IMG/VR virus record: IMGVR_UViG_3300043427_002668
Source: a virus
Lineage: Duplodnaviria; Caudoviricetes
Length of the DNA: 64,000 nucleotides
Reading direction: 5' to 3' (one strand)
Shown here: one piece after another, positions 11,351-22,339 of the stretch
Position numbering within the stretch: the first letter of the stretch is position 1
Layout of the letters: each line of letters starts with the position of its first letter
Notes under the pieces: model-generated
The model's input: only the letters and a program-made list of their open reading frames with translations
What the model was told of the DNA's origin: nothing
Databases searched by the model: none
Program-made: the position numbers and the translations under genes

Positions 11351-14300
11351 ATGCCACAGGAAACTAACCTCAACGTATCACCATATTTTGATGATTTTGA
11401 TCCAGAAAAAAATTATCATAAGGTTCTTTTCAAACCGGGTTATCCAATCCAGGCTAGAGAATTAACTACATTACAATCAATTCTCCAAAATCAAATTGAG
11501 CAACAGGGAAAGCATTTATTTCAAGAAGGATCTGTTGTAATTCCAGGAAAAGTTAGAATTGATAGTCCTTTATCTGCAGTAGAAATTGAAAGTACTTATA
11601 TAGGAACGCCAGTATCTCTATACTTTGACAAACTTTTAGGGAAAAAACTAAAAGGATCAACAAGTGGAGTTTTGGCCGAAGTTGTTTATACGTTAAGGTC
11701 AGTTGATTCTCAAAGAAATAACTTTACTTTATATTTAAAGTATCTTGAGTGTGGTGGTCCTCAATTAGAAAATAAGACTTTTTTTGATGGTGAGACTTTA
11801 ATTTTACAATCTTCTCTGACTTACGGAGAATTGGGATTTACTATTCAATCCGGTGAAGGAATTTGTAATACTATAAGCAATAATTCAAATTCGTTTGGGT
11901 CATCAGCAATAGTTTCTGATGGAGTTTATTTTGCTCGCGGGCATTTCGTGTCGGTAAAAGAGCAAAGAATAATATTAGATCAATATAGTTCTTCACCATC
12001 TTATAAAATAGGTTTTAATGTACTAGAGAGTATAGTCTCTTCAGACGATGATCCATCACTTTCTGATAACGCAAAGGGATTTTCAAACTACACTGCTCCA
12101 GGAGCAGATAGATTAAAAATTGAACTAATCCTTGAAAAAAGAGGTATATTGGAATCTCCTGATAATTTTATCGAAATTATCAGAATTGAAAACGGAAATC
12201 CAATTTTTAAAAAAGAATCAACTCAATATAGTTTAATCAGAGATGAGTTAGCAAGAAGAACATTCGATGAATCTGGAGATTATTTTGTAAGACCCTTTAC
12301 AGTTTTTGTTAGGGACACTTTAAATGATAGAACTAGAACTGATGGATTATATTATAAAAATCAATTAACTTCTACAGGTGTTGCTCCATCCGACGATTTG
12401 ATGATCTATCAAATTGGACCAGGAAAAGCTTATGTAAATGGTTACGATATTGAAAAAATATCTTCATCAGAAGTTATAGTAGAAAAACCAAGAACCACAA
12501 AAACTATAGAAAATGAAGTTCTTAGGTATGATGCTGGAACTTCATTGGTTTTGAATAGAGGGTATGGATCTCCGGTTGTTGGATTAGGAACAACATCATA
12601 TGTCGAATTAAAAGATTCTAGAATTGGCGTATCTTCTCATAGTGCTTCAGGAAATACTATTGGTGTTGCTAGAGTATATGATTTTGTTCCAGAAACGGAT
12701 TATGTTAATGACACAAGTAGACTTAATGTAAGATTATTTGATATTCAAACTTATACAAAAGTTGGATTAACTACTAATATTTCTTCATTATCAACTCCAG
12801 CTTTAATTAGAGGTAAAAAAAGTAAAGCTTCTGGATACTTGTCTTCAAGTATAAGTAATTCAAGAATTTTAACACTTTATAATGTTTCTGGTTCATTTTT
12901 AGAGAATGAACCAATTTCAATTAATGGAATTGATGACGGTAGACTTATTAATGAAGTAATCGACTATAATATATCAGATATAAAATCAATATACTCCACA
13001 ACTGGAATTTCAACATTTAATGCGGATGTTGTATTATCACAGAAGACTCCAATTGCACCCCTCGGAACCAAGTTTAAAATAACAGGTTCTTCTTCTGGCA
13101 TCAGTACCGTATCTGCCGGAATTGACGTTGTTTTTACTAATCAAATTAAAGTTGGAGATATAGTTTCATATGCTAGCACCACATTAACTGGAGACACTAT
13201 ATACAATAAAGTTGAAAGTGTTTCTAATGATGGTCTTTCTTTCAATATTTCAGGAATTACAACGATATCTGGAATATGCAATGGTTCTCTACCATCATCT
13301 ACCGTAGAAGTCAACAATATCATTAAGGTATTTGGATTATCAGATTCTACAAATTCATCTTTAATGACTAAATTGAGATTTGAAAATATTTCAAATGTAA
13401 ATTTAGAAAATCAAGAAATTTTACAAAGAAGATCATTTAATAATATATCTTTTTCTGGCAATTTTATTAGGTTAACTATCACCGAACCAGATTTATATTT
13501 TGCATCCTTCGATGAGGATAGATTTATTATTACATACTCAGATGGTATTATTGAACCAATGAGAATTGATAAGTATGATTTGGACACAACTGGCAAAATA
13601 TTAACCTTCTATGGTTTGACAAAAGCAAGTGGCACTGCAAATGTAATTACTACGGTAAGAAATGTAAAACCAAGTTATAAGATTAAAAAATTAAACAAGG
13701 CATCAACTTTAGTTGTAAATAAATCAATTAAAACTTCATCTGGAATAGGAACAACAACTTTAAATGATGGATTGACTTATAGTAATGTTTATGGTCTACG
13801 AGTTCAAGATCAAGAAATTTGCCTCAATGTTCCAGATGTAGTAAGAGTTATTGCTGTTTTTGAATCTACTAATAGTCAAGATCCAACTTTACCAAAAATT
13901 CAACTCACTGGATTTACAGGATCGTTTAACAACAATCAAGACTTTATAATAGGTGAGCAAATAATTGGGGAAAGTAGTGGAGCAGTTGCATTAGTTGTAA
14001 ATCGTTCGGCATCCGATTCTTTAGAATATGTCTATCTAAACGATAGTCAGTTTACTGTGGAAGAAAGAATTACTGGAGAACAATCAAGTAATAGTGCCAC
14101 AATTACTAGTGTAATTCTAACATCATCTAAAGATATAACTCAGAATTTTTATCTCGATGATGGTCAAAGACCATCATTCTATGATTATGGTAGAATAATT
14201 AGAAAAGAAAATACTGAAAATCCAATAGGAAAACTTAAAATAGTATTTCAAAATTATACTATTGATTCTGGAGACACTGGAGAGTTAATAACAGTAAATA

Positions 14301-17300
14301 GCTATCCTGCAGATGGATTTAAATATGATATACCAAATTATGGAAATTCCAGATCATCCGATTATATTGATTTAAGACCTAGAGTTTCCGAATTTACTTC
14401 TAGTTCGTATTCACCATTTGAATTTTCAGCAAGACGTTTTGATGGAGAAGGTCAATATTCAAAATATACATTATGTCCAGATGAAAATATTATAATATCA
14501 TATTCATATTACTTGCCTAGAACTGATTTATTATACTTAACTCCGGGCGGAAACTTTGAGGTTGCCAAGGGAACTCCAAATGAAATTCCAGTTGCTCCAA
14601 ATCTACCAACAAATACTTTAGATATCGCAAGAATAACTATTCCACCATATCTATTTAATGTTGAAAATGTAAAAGTCGATATATCTCAGCATAAGAGATA
14701 TAGAATGAGTGATATATCACTTCTAGAGGATAGGGTTGATAGACTAGAAAAATATACTACTTTATCAATGTTGGAATCTAAAACTGAAAGTTATTTAATA
14801 AAAGATGCTGCAACTGGATTAGATAGATTTAAGAGTGGTTTCTTTGTTGATAATTTTAGCTCTCATGTATATCACGATTTAGAAAATCCACTATTTAGAT
14901 GTTCTATTGATACTAGTTCAAATACTCTTAGACCTCCACATTATACCACATCATTAGATCTTCAACTCGGTACAGAATCTATTAATGGATTTACTGATGA
15001 ATATTCTTCAAATTCCGATCAAAGTTATCCAACTAACTTAGGATCAACTCAGGTTAGAAAAACCGGAGATTTAATCACTCTAAATTATAATGAAATATTA
15101 TATTCATATCAGAATCTTGCATCAACTACTGAAAATGTAAACCCTTATATTGTCGGTTATTGGGAGGGATCTATTACACTTAGACCCAGTTTTGAAAATT
15201 GGATTGAAGAAAAACTGGTTACCATAGAAAGTAAAGTAGATAAAACTTATACAAATGGAGTTACTATTCCCGGATCAAATACTGGTTTAAATAACTCTGA
15301 TAATATACCAGTTTATAACAATTCACCAAGTCATAATCAAGGAATTCCTGCTTTTGATTGGATTGCAAATGCCAAAGATGTGTTTGGAGATACACTTTTA
15401 TTAGGAAGACATTCTAAACTTAATAGAAAGGGTAGTTCAATCTATACAGCATGGAAGCGTAATAAGCATCTTGGAATTGGAAGTAAATACAATAGAAAAT
15501 CAATAGAACTAATTTCTCGTGATTTGGTTGATAGGAAATTAAGTTCCGGAATCGTGAATGGAAATACCATTCATATGGAATGGAACAAAAAAGTTCGCAA
15601 TGCTGATGCTTTCTTTGATATTGCAAATAAAGTTTTTCCACCAGATATAGCAAAAGATTTTCGTAGAAGAATTGAGACCTCTAGGACAAAGAAAAAACAA
15701 ATTATTTCTGCAGAATATACTCCAAATCAAGGTACTGGAATTAATCCTAATACCAATATAGGTGCAGGTAATGGTACTGGATCCGGATCAAACTCTGGTG
15801 GAGGATCTATCGCAAATGATGGAATAACTATTATTGAAACAACGGAAACTACAGAATCAAATTACACCGAACAAATCAATTATTTGAGAAGTAGAAATAT
15901 TGAATTTGATATTACTGCATTAAAGCCAAGAACCAAATTTACCCCATTCTTTGAGTATGTGGATGTTTCTAGTTACATTATACCAAAGCTTCTTGAAATT
16001 AAAATGGTTTCTGGAGCATTCCAAATTGGAGAAACTGTAGAGAGTGACCCTCATTTTACTAGTTCTTTTATTAAGTTTAAGTTATGTGTACCTAATCATA
16101 AAACTGGAGCACATAACTTACCCCAGGAAACATACACATTAAATCCATATAATCAAACTTTATTCGAGACTGCATATTCACAATCTTCAACAGTATTAAA
16201 TGTTGATACAAGATCTTTACAATTAACCACTGAAGATTTTTATGGATCAGTCTCACCTGGAATGACTTTAAGAGGAAAATCTTCTGGTGCGGTTGCAAAA
16301 ATTACTGAGGTTCGTCTAATTTCAGATAATTCGGGAAGATTAATAGGTTCTCTCTTCATTCCAGATCCATCTGTAGTTGGAAATCCAAAATGGACTAATG
16401 GAGAAAACACTTTTAATGTAATTGACACTGATAGTAGTGCATCTACACAGTTTACCTCTTCAGGAAGACTTGATGTTACTGAAAGAAATATTATTACTAC
16501 AAGAAATATTATTATAAGACCAACTCCACCTCCACCCCCAACTCCTACACCTACACCTAATCCAAGTCCAAGACCAACACCTACTCCAGGACCAACTCCA
16601 GGACCAACTCCTACACCTACTCCCGAACCTACTCCCGAACCTACTCCCGAACCTACTCCCGAACCTACTCCTACTGTATCAAATATTGATGCCTATTGGG
16701 ATATTAATAGTCCAAGCTCCGGTAGATATACTGTTGATCTTGTTGTAACAGGAACAGGAACTGCTAGAATTTCTATTAGGCAAAAAATTGATGACGATCC
16801 AAATATTGCAGGTCAAATATATAAAAATCCACTCAGAATACCTTCACCAATATCTGATACCCTCTCATTCCCATGGAAATCTTCTGAAGATGAAACTAAG
16901 AGTGCTAAATTTACCGCAGGTAGATATAGAATGTTTACTGTCAATGCAAAAGGAGAAAGAATAACAGAAATTCCATTCCAAAAAACACCACAATATGGTA
17001 GAACTGAGGATAATGATAGGAATAAAAGAGTATTAATACTTAGAGATGGTTCCGGTAATGATACAAATGGAAGTTTTAGAATTACACGTATAGAACAACT
17101 TCCAATTAGTCAAACTGCAAATCCTAATTTCTGCAGAACTGATCCTCTAGCACAATCATTCTTTGTTGATGATGAAACTGGAATATTTGTAACTTCTGTT
17201 GATGTATTTTTTGAAACTAAGGATGAAAGTGTTCCTGTTACTTTACAACTTCGTCCAATGATTGCTGGTGTTCCAAGTAATGTAGTAATTCCATTCTCTG

Positions 17301-19636
17301 AGGTTACTTTAGATCCTGATGCGGTGACTGTATCTGCAGATGGAAGCATTGCGACTAGATTTGAATTCCCATCTCCAGTATATCTTTCTGGTCCACAAAA
17401 ACAAGTCACTAGATTTGGAGATTTTGAAAAGGACCAGTCTTCAGAATATTCTATTGTTTTACTGTCTAATAGTCCAAATTATAGAGTTTTCATTTCCCGT
17501 CTAGGTGAAGTAGATATTTCTACGCAAAATAGAATATCTACTCAACCAACACTAGGAAGTTTATTTAAATCCCAAAATGCTACTACTTGGACTCCTTCTC
17601 AGTTAGAAGATCTTAAATATAACCTATATCGTGCTTCCTTTGGCACTGAAGGTCTTGTCAGATTCTTTAATCCAAAACTCTCTGTAGGAAATCAAAAATC
17701 TACGGTGACTTCTGTAAACAGTTTTATCCCACTATCAAAGACAATTATTGTTGGATTGGGTTCTACTGGATATAACACCGCAAATGTAATTCCCGGAGTT
17801 ACTCTGTCTCAGGGTTCGGCAACAGGAAAACTTATTGGAATTGGTGCAAGTGCTACTCAGGCAATAGTGTCAAATGTCGGAATTGGTTATAGTATTGGAA
17901 CTTACACTAACATTTCGCTTGAAACTGAAACCGGATATGGAAGAGGAGCATTAGCAACAATTGGAATTACCACTGTAGGAGTAGCAACTGTTACTATTAC
18001 TTCTGGTGGACTTGGATACAGAATTGGGGATAGTGTAAAAATTCCAAGAATTCAAAATCTTGGGTATGGTGGTAGAGCAACTATTACATCAATAGGATCA
18101 AGCAACTCATTCATTATTGATGAAGTTCAGGGAACATTTAATTCTGGTATTTCAACAATTAATTATATTAATTCTTCCGGTATTACAACTCAAACAGGAA
18201 TTGGTGTTACAATATCTTCCATATTTGAAGATCAATATAATGATGGACTTCATATGAAAGTTCTTCATATGAATCATGGGATGCATTCGACAGAAAATTA
18301 CGTTAAAATCGAACAATTTAGACCAACTTCAGATGAAGTTAATTCAACTTTACTTGAGCAGGTAATAGAAACCGATACAACAATCACATTACAATCTGGT
18401 GCTGGTATCGGATTTACTAATTTTGAAGGTTCTTCCGTAAGTGCAACAAATCCAGGATATGTAATTATTGGAAATGAAGTCATTGGATATACGTCCGTTG
18501 CTGGAGATGCTTTAGTTACTTCATCAAACCTAAGAGGTATTGATGGAACTCCAATTCAATCTTATGCGGTTGGATCTCCGGTATTTAAATATGAATTTAA
18601 TGGAATTTCTTTAAGGAGAATTAATAAAGTTCATAATTTTGCTGAATCTGATGTAAATAATCATCCTATAGATTTCCATAGTTATTATATTAAAATTGAT
18701 ACAAGTGATACTGATTTTGATGGTATTGGTATAGGTTCAGATAGATCAAATAATCTATACTTCAAGAAGACTATCCAATCCGGAAGAGCTGGAACTATTT
18801 TATCAAATAACATTCAATACGAAGTTTTAGCTCCAAAAATCAATACTATTATTCCAGCTGGTTCTGATATGACTTCCAGGATAAGAACATTTACTGGAAC
18901 AAGTGTTGGAGGAAATGAAAAATCCTTTGTTGATGCAGGATACCAAGATCTTCCATTAAATGCTAGACTATATTTCCAGTCGCCTAGAATTATTTGCTCT
19001 GATATTAATGAGCAAAAGTTTATTACAGAATCTCCAGAAAGAAGATCATTTAGTATGGATGTCATTATGACATCTAATGATGAAAGAGTTTCTCCTGTAA
19101 TTGATCTTGTTCCACCGCCATCTTTAATATTAACTTCAAATTTACTGAATAACCCTGTTGGTTTAGAAGATGTTTCATTATATGCAAATGATGAAAAGGT
19201 AAGAGGAACTGAAAATGATCCACACTCTGCAGTTTATGTCTCAAGGCCGATTAATTTAGCAATCCCAGCAAATTCTATTAAAGTTATTCTTTCTGCTAAT
19301 AAGAATGAAACTAATGATATTAGAGTTTTATATAAAATCTATAGACCAGATGCCACCTTCGATGAAGAATCTTATGAATTATTCCCAGGTTATTCAAACT
19401 ATAAATTAAATGGGGTTGGAAACACCGTTGTAGATATGTCATTAAGTGACGGATCTTCAGATTTCTTTGTTAAGGAATCTAATGATGGTGAATTTAAAGA
19501 GTATGCTTATACTATTGATGGATTGCCAGATTTCACTGCTTTTGCGATTAAAATTGTTATGGCAGGAACGAATCAGGCTTCTCCACCTTTAGTTTCTCAA
19601 TTGAGAGCAATTGCAACTGCATTACCGAGGATTTGA
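11351..19636 (+). CDS. Large virion structural protein, DUF4815/VrlC-like
   Basis: N-terminus NLNVSPYFDDFD...VLFKPGYPIQARELTTLQSILQNQ; internal DRFKSGFFVDNF and DPLAQSFFV motifs typical of this T4-like family. Confidence 0.8.
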   Translation: MPQETNLNVSPYFDDFDPEKNYHKVLFKPGYPIQARELTTLQSILQNQIEQQGKHLFQEGSVVIPGKVRIDSPLSAVEIESTYIGTPVSLYFDKLLGKKLKGSTSGVLAEVVYTLRSVDSQRNNFTLYLKYLECGGPQLENKTFFDGETLILQSSLTYGELGFTIQSGEGICNTISNNSNSFGSSAIVSDGVYFARGHFVSVKEQRIILDQYSSSPSYKIGFNVLESIVSSDDDPSLSDNAKGFSNYTAPGADRLKIELILEKRGILESPDNFIEIIRIENGNPIFKKESTQYSLIRDELARRTFDESGDYFVRPFTVFVRDTLNDRTRTDGLYYKNQLTSTGVAPSDDLMIYQIGPGKAYVNGYDIEKISSSEVIVEKPRTTKTIENEVLRYDAGTSLVLNRGYGSPVVGLGTTSYVELKDSRIGVSSHSASGNTIGVARVYDFVPETDYVNDTSRLNVRLFDIQTYTKVGLTTNISSLSTPALIRGKKSKASGYLSSSISNSRILTLYNVSGSFLENEPISINGIDDGRLINEVIDYNISDIKSIYSTTGISTFNADVVLSQKTPIAPLGTKFKITGSSSGISTVSAGIDVVFTNQIKVGDIVSYASTTLTGDTIYNKVESVSNDGLSFNISGITTISGICNGSLPSSTVEVNNIIKVFGLSDSTNSSLMTKLRFENISNVNLENQEILQRRSFNNISFSGNFIRLTITEPDLYFASFDEDRFIITYSDGIIEPMRIDKYDLDTTGKILTFYGLTKASGTANVITTVRNVKPSYKIKKLNKASTLVVNKSIKTSSGIGTTTLNDGLTYSNVYGLRVQDQEICLNVPDVVRVIAVFESTNSQDPTLPKIQLTGFTGSFNNNQDFIIGEQIIGESSGAVALVVNRSASDSLEYVYLNDSQFTVEERITGEQSSNSATITSVILTSSKDITQNFYLDDGQRPSFYDYGRIIRKENTENPIGKLKIVFQNYTIDSGDTGELITVNSYPADGFKYDIPNYGNSRSSDYIDLRPRVSEFTSSSYSPFEFSARRFDGEGQYSKYTLCPDENIIISYSYYLPRTDLLYLTPGGNFEVAKGTPNEIPVAPNLPTNTLDIARITIPPYLFNVENVKVDISQHKRYRMSDISLLEDRVDRLEKYTTLSMLESKTESYLIKDAATGLDRFKSGFFVDNFSSHVYHDLENPLFRCSIDTSSNTLRPPHYTTSLDLQLGTESINGFTDEYSSNSDQSYPTNLGSTQVRKTGDLITLNYNEILYSYQNLASTTENVNPYIVGYWEGSITLRPSFENWIEEKLVTIESKVDKTYTNGVTIPGSNTGLNNSDNIPVYNNSPSHNQGIPAFDWIANAKDVFGDTLLLGRHSKLNRKGSSIYTAWKRNKHLGIGSKYNRKSIELISRDLVDRKLSSGIVNGNTIHMEWNKKVRNADAFFDIANKVFPPDIAKDFRRRIETSRTKKKQIISAEYTPNQGTGINPNTNIGAGNGTGSGSNSGGGSIANDGITIIETTETTESNYTEQINYLRSRNIEFDITALKPRTKFTPFFEYVDVSSYIIPKLLEIKMVSGAFQIGETVESDPHFTSSFIKFKLCVPNHKTGAHNLPQETYTLNPYNQTLFETAYSQSSTVLNVDTRSLQLTTEDFYGSVSPGMTLRGKSSGAVAKITEVRLISDNSGRLIGSLFIPDPSVVGNPKWTNGENTFNVIDTDSSASTQFTSSGRLDVTERNIITTRNIIIRPTPPPPPTPTPTPNPSPRPTPTPGPTPGPTPTPTPEPTPEPTPEPTPEPTPTVSNIDAYWDINSPSSGRYTVDLVVTGTGTARISIRQKIDDDPNIAGQIYKNPLRIPSPISDTLSFPWKSSEDETKSAKFTAGRYRMFTVNAKGERITEIPFQKTPQYGRTEDNDRNKRVLILRDGSGNDTNGSFRITRIEQLPISQTANPNFCRTDPLAQSFFVDDETGIFVTSVDVFFETKDESVPVTLQLRPMIAGVPSNVVIPFSEVTLDPDAVTVSADGSIATRFEFPSPVYLSGPQKQVTRFGDFEKDQSSEYSIVLLSNSPNYRVFISRLGEVDISTQNRISTQPTLGSLFKSQNATTWTPSQLEDLKYNLYRASFGTEGLVRFFNPKLSVGNQKSTVTSVNSFIPLSKTIIVGLGSTGYNTANVIPGVTLSQGSATGKLIGIGASATQAIVSNVGIGYSIGTYTNISLETETGYGRGALATIGITTVGVATVTITSGGLGYRIGDSVKIPRIQNLGYGGRATITSIGSSNSFIIDEVQGTFNSGISTINYINSSGITTQTGIGVTISSIFEDQYNDGLHMKVLHMNHGMHSTENYVKIEQFRPTSDEVNSTLLEQVIETDTTITLQSGAGIGFTNFEGSSVSATNPGYVIIGNEVIGYTSVAGDALVTSSNLRGIDGTPIQSYAVGSPVFKYEFNGISLRRINKVHNFAESDVNNHPIDFHSYYIKIDTSDTDFDGIGIGSDRSNNLYFKKTIQSGRAGTILSNNIQYEVLAPKINTIIPAGSDMTSRIRTFTGTSVGGNEKSFVDAGYQDLPLNARLYFQSPRIICSDINEQKFITESPERRSFSMDVIMTSNDERVSPVIDLVPPPSLILTSNLLNNPVGLEDVSLYANDEKVRGTENDPHSAVYVSRPINLAIPANSIKVILSANKNETNDIRVLYKIYRPDATFDEESYELFPGYSNYKLNGVGNTVVDMSLSDGSSDFFVKESNDGEFKEYAYTIDGLPDFTAFAIKIVMAGTNQASPPLVSQLRAIATALPRI
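16520..16675 (+). repeat. Pro/Thr linker containing a perfect 12-bp tandem repeat (CCTACTCCCGAA x4, 16616-16663)
   Basis: Read directly; encodes PTPPPPPTPTPTPNPSPRPTPTPGPTPGPTPTPTPEPTPEPTPEPTPEPTPT. Confidence 0.95.
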
Positions 19637-19641
19637 TTTTT

Positions 19642-19866
19642 ATGGATTATATAAAAGTAAAAGATAAAAATAATTTATCTAGAGATATTGGTAATAATGC
19701 TATTATCAATACTGATATGAAAGGTTATAATGAATATAAAGAAAATTATAAAAGATTATATAATCAAAATAAAAGGATTAATGATCTTGAAAATAATGTA
19801 AATGAAATTAAAAGTGACTTAAATGAAATTAAAAATTTATTGAGGAATTTGGCAAATGGATCCTGA
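19642..19866 (+). CDS. Small coiled-coil hypothetical protein
   Basis: ATG at 19642 just after the upstream stop; C-terminal heptad pattern INDLENNVNEIKSDLNEIKNLL. Confidence 0.75.
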   Translation: MDYIKVKDKNNLSRDIGNNAIINTDMKGYNEYKENYKRLYNQNKRINDLENNVNEIKSDLNEIKNLLRNLANGS

Positions 19867-20026
19867 CAAAATTTCGTTGGAAACAATGACAAAAATGTTT
19901 GAATATGAAAAACTTTCCAGAGATATAGATAGTATAAGTGATATTGAAACTTTGAGAGATCTTGCAAAGTCATATATTAAATTATACTTTAGTCAACAAG
20001 AAGTAATTTCTAGTCTTAGAATCTAA
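19856..20026 (+). CDS. 56-aa helical protein not in the ORF track; possible NblA-like fold
   Basis: MDPDKISLETMTKMFEYEKLSRDIDSISDIETLRDLAKSYIKLYFSQQEVISSLRI*; its TAA overlaps the gp13 ATG (TAATG) and it fills the gap exactly. Confidence 0.75.
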   Translation: MDPDKISLETMTKMFEYEKLSRDIDSISDIETLRDLAKSYIKLYFSQQEVISSLRI

Positions 20027-20880
20027 TGGCACAACCATCTACCCGTCAAGAATTAATTGACTACTGCAAGAGAAAACTAGGTGCTCCGGTTTTAGAAATA
20101 AATGTTGCAGACGAACAGATTGAAGACCTGGTAGATGATGCGGTTCAGTTCTTTCAAGAGAGACATTTTGATGGAGTATATCCAACTTTTTATAAGTATA
20201 GAGTAACTCAAAATGATATTGACAGGGGTAGAGCAGGTTATGGTTCAAATGCAGCAAGTTCAGTAGGAATTGCCAGTACATCATTGACATCAGATATAGT
20301 TGGCGCTGCTACAACTTTTACATATTACGAAAATAGTAATTACTTACAAGTTCCACCAAACATTATTGGGGTAAATAAAATTTTTACTTTTGATGGTGCT
20401 AATACTATTACTCACAACATGTTTAGTGTTAAATATCAATTATTTTTAAATGATATTTACTACTGGGGAACTACAGAACTTCTTAGTTATGCTATGGTTA
20501 AGACATATCTAGAAGATTTGGACTTTTTATTGAATACCAATAAACAAATACGTTTTAATAAAAGACAAGATAGGTTATATCTGGATATAGATTGGGGTTC
20601 TGTTACTAAAGATCAATTTTTTGTAATTGATTGCTACTCAACTTTAGATCCAAATGATTATTCTAGAGTTTGGAATGATTCTTTCTTAAAACCATATCTG
20701 ACCTCATTGATTAAAAAACAGTGGGGGCAGAATATGATGAAATTTACTGGAGTAAAACTTCCTGGTGGGGTTGAACTTAATGGTAGGCAAATGTATGACG
20801 ATGCTCAGAGAGAAATTGACGTTTTAATGGAAAAAATGTCAAGTACCTACGAACTTCCACCTCTAGATATGATAGGTTAA
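20026..20880 (+). CDS. gp13: Neck protein gp13
   Basis: MAQPSTRQELIDYCKRKLGAPVLEINV and KKQWGQNMMKFTGVKLPGGVELNG motifs; synteny. Confidence 0.92.
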   Translation: MAQPSTRQELIDYCKRKLGAPVLEINVADEQIEDLVDDAVQFFQERHFDGVYPTFYKYRVTQNDIDRGRAGYGSNAASSVGIASTSLTSDIVGAATTFTYYENSNYLQVPPNIIGVNKIFTFDGANTITHNMFSVKYQLFLNDIYYWGTTELLSYAMVKTYLEDLDFLLNTNKQIRFNKRQDRLYLDIDWGSVTKDQFFVIDCYSTLDPNDYSRVWNDSFLKPYLTSLIKKQWGQNMMKFTGVKLPGGVELNGRQMYDDAQREIDVLMEKMSSTYELPPLDMIG

Positions 20881-20884
20881 TCAT

Positions 20885-22306
20885 ATGCTTAATCCTTTTT
20901 TTCTTCAAGGATCAAAAACAGAGCAGGGTTTAATACAAGATCTTATCAACGAACAGTTGAGGATGTATGGTGTTGAAGTTCATTATTTACCTAGACAATA
21001 TATCACAGAAAAAACTGTCATTAGAGAAGTTATAGAATCTGAATTTAATAATGCATATCCAATAGAAGCATATGTAAACACATATGAAGGTTACTCAGAT
21101 AATCCTACTATTTTATCGAAATTTGGGATACAGGCTCTTAATGAAATAACCTTAACTATTTCTAGAGAAAGATTTAAAACTTATATATCTCCCCTAATTA
21201 AAAATCAACCAAATATTAAATTATCTTCAAGACCAAAAGAAGGTGATTTAATTTATTTTCCTTTGGGTAAACGATTATTTGAAATAAAATATGTGGAGCA
21301 TGAAAAACCGTTTTATCAACTTCAAGGATTATATACTTACGAATTAAGATGCGAATTGTTCCGCTATGAAGACGAACTGATTGATACAGGTATCGATGAT
21401 ATTGATGATTTGGGCAGCAGTGATGAAGATGGGGCAGGAATTACCACATCATTTAATCCATATGGAAATATTATTAATCTCACAATGGTTGGTTTTGGTG
21501 TAACCGCAACTGCAATTTCTTCCATTGTAAATGGTGGAGTAAGGTTTGTAACGATTACAAATAGGGGTGGAGGATACACAAGCACTCCTACAGTAGGATT
21601 TTCTTCTGCTCCCGCCGGAGGTCAGACAGCGAGTGCAATTGCTGAGATGATCGGTGGTATTGTAGTATGTAATAGTAATGTTAATCCACAAGCAAAATCA
21701 GTACAACAAGTTAAAATCACTAATGCTGGATATGGATATACAGTAACACCTGGCGTCAGATTTATAGGTGGTGGAGGTCGTGGTGCAACAGCTACTGCAA
21801 CACTTGGCGATGGAATAGTAGGCATTATAACAATTACAAATTCCGGATCTGGTTATGTATCTCCACCATCAATTACCTTTACCGGAATTTCTTCAGTTTC
21901 TGCTGCAGCAACTGCAGTGGTGTCTGCTGCCGGATCTATTACTGCAATTTATATCACAAATGCTGGATTAGGATACACAGAACCTCCTACCCTAACAATA
22001 GGAAATCCTGCACTAAATTCTACAGGAAACTTTATTTTCAACGAATTAGTAACTGGTTCCCAAAGTGGCGTAACTGCAAGAGTTAAATCTTGGAATTCTA
22101 TTACAAATGTTCTTCAAGTTTCTCAACTCACCGGAAGTTTTATTCCAGGAGAAAATATAGTAGGATCTGCATCTAGTGCTTCTCATTATTTGAGAAATAT
22201 TGATACATATGCCGCAAGGGATGGATTTGGTGCAAATGATGAAATTGAAGAAGAGGCAGACCAAATCATAGATTTTAGCGAAGTTAATCCATTTGGAATG
22301 CCATAG
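20885..22306 (+). CDS. gp14: Neck protein gp14 with a Gly/Thr-rich extension
   Basis: MLNPFFLQG...EQLRMYGVEVHYLPR; EGDLIYFPL..LFEIKYVEHEKPFYQL; C-terminal IDFSEVNPFG. Confidence 0.9.
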   Translation: MLNPFFLQGSKTEQGLIQDLINEQLRMYGVEVHYLPRQYITEKTVIREVIESEFNNAYPIEAYVNTYEGYSDNPTILSKFGIQALNEITLTISRERFKTYISPLIKNQPNIKLSSRPKEGDLIYFPLGKRLFEIKYVEHEKPFYQLQGLYTYELRCELFRYEDELIDTGIDDIDDLGSSDEDGAGITTSFNPYGNIINLTMVGFGVTATAISSIVNGGVRFVTITNRGGGYTSTPTVGFSSAPAGGQTASAIAEMIGGIVVCNSNVNPQAKSVQQVKITNAGYGYTVTPGVRFIGGGGRGATATATLGDGIVGIITITNSGSGYVSPPSITFTGISSVSAAATAVVSAAGSITAIYITNAGLGYTEPPTLTIGNPALNSTGNFIFNELVTGSQSGVTARVKSWNSITNVLQVSQLTGSFIPGENIVGSASSASHYLRNIDTYAARDGFGANDEIEEEADQIIDFSEVNPFGMP

Positions 22307-22308
22307 CA

Positions 22309-22316
22309 TATAAATA
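22309..22316 (+). promoter_or_regulatory. T4 late promoter TATAAATA
   Basis: Exact consensus upstream of gp15. Confidence 0.8.
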
Positions 22317-22339
22317 TTAATTAAACATGAGTTAATTGT

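Noticed and set aside
16616-16663. Tandem repeat as a CRISPR array
   Set aside because: Contiguous 12-bp units without spacers, in frame within a Pro/Thr linker.
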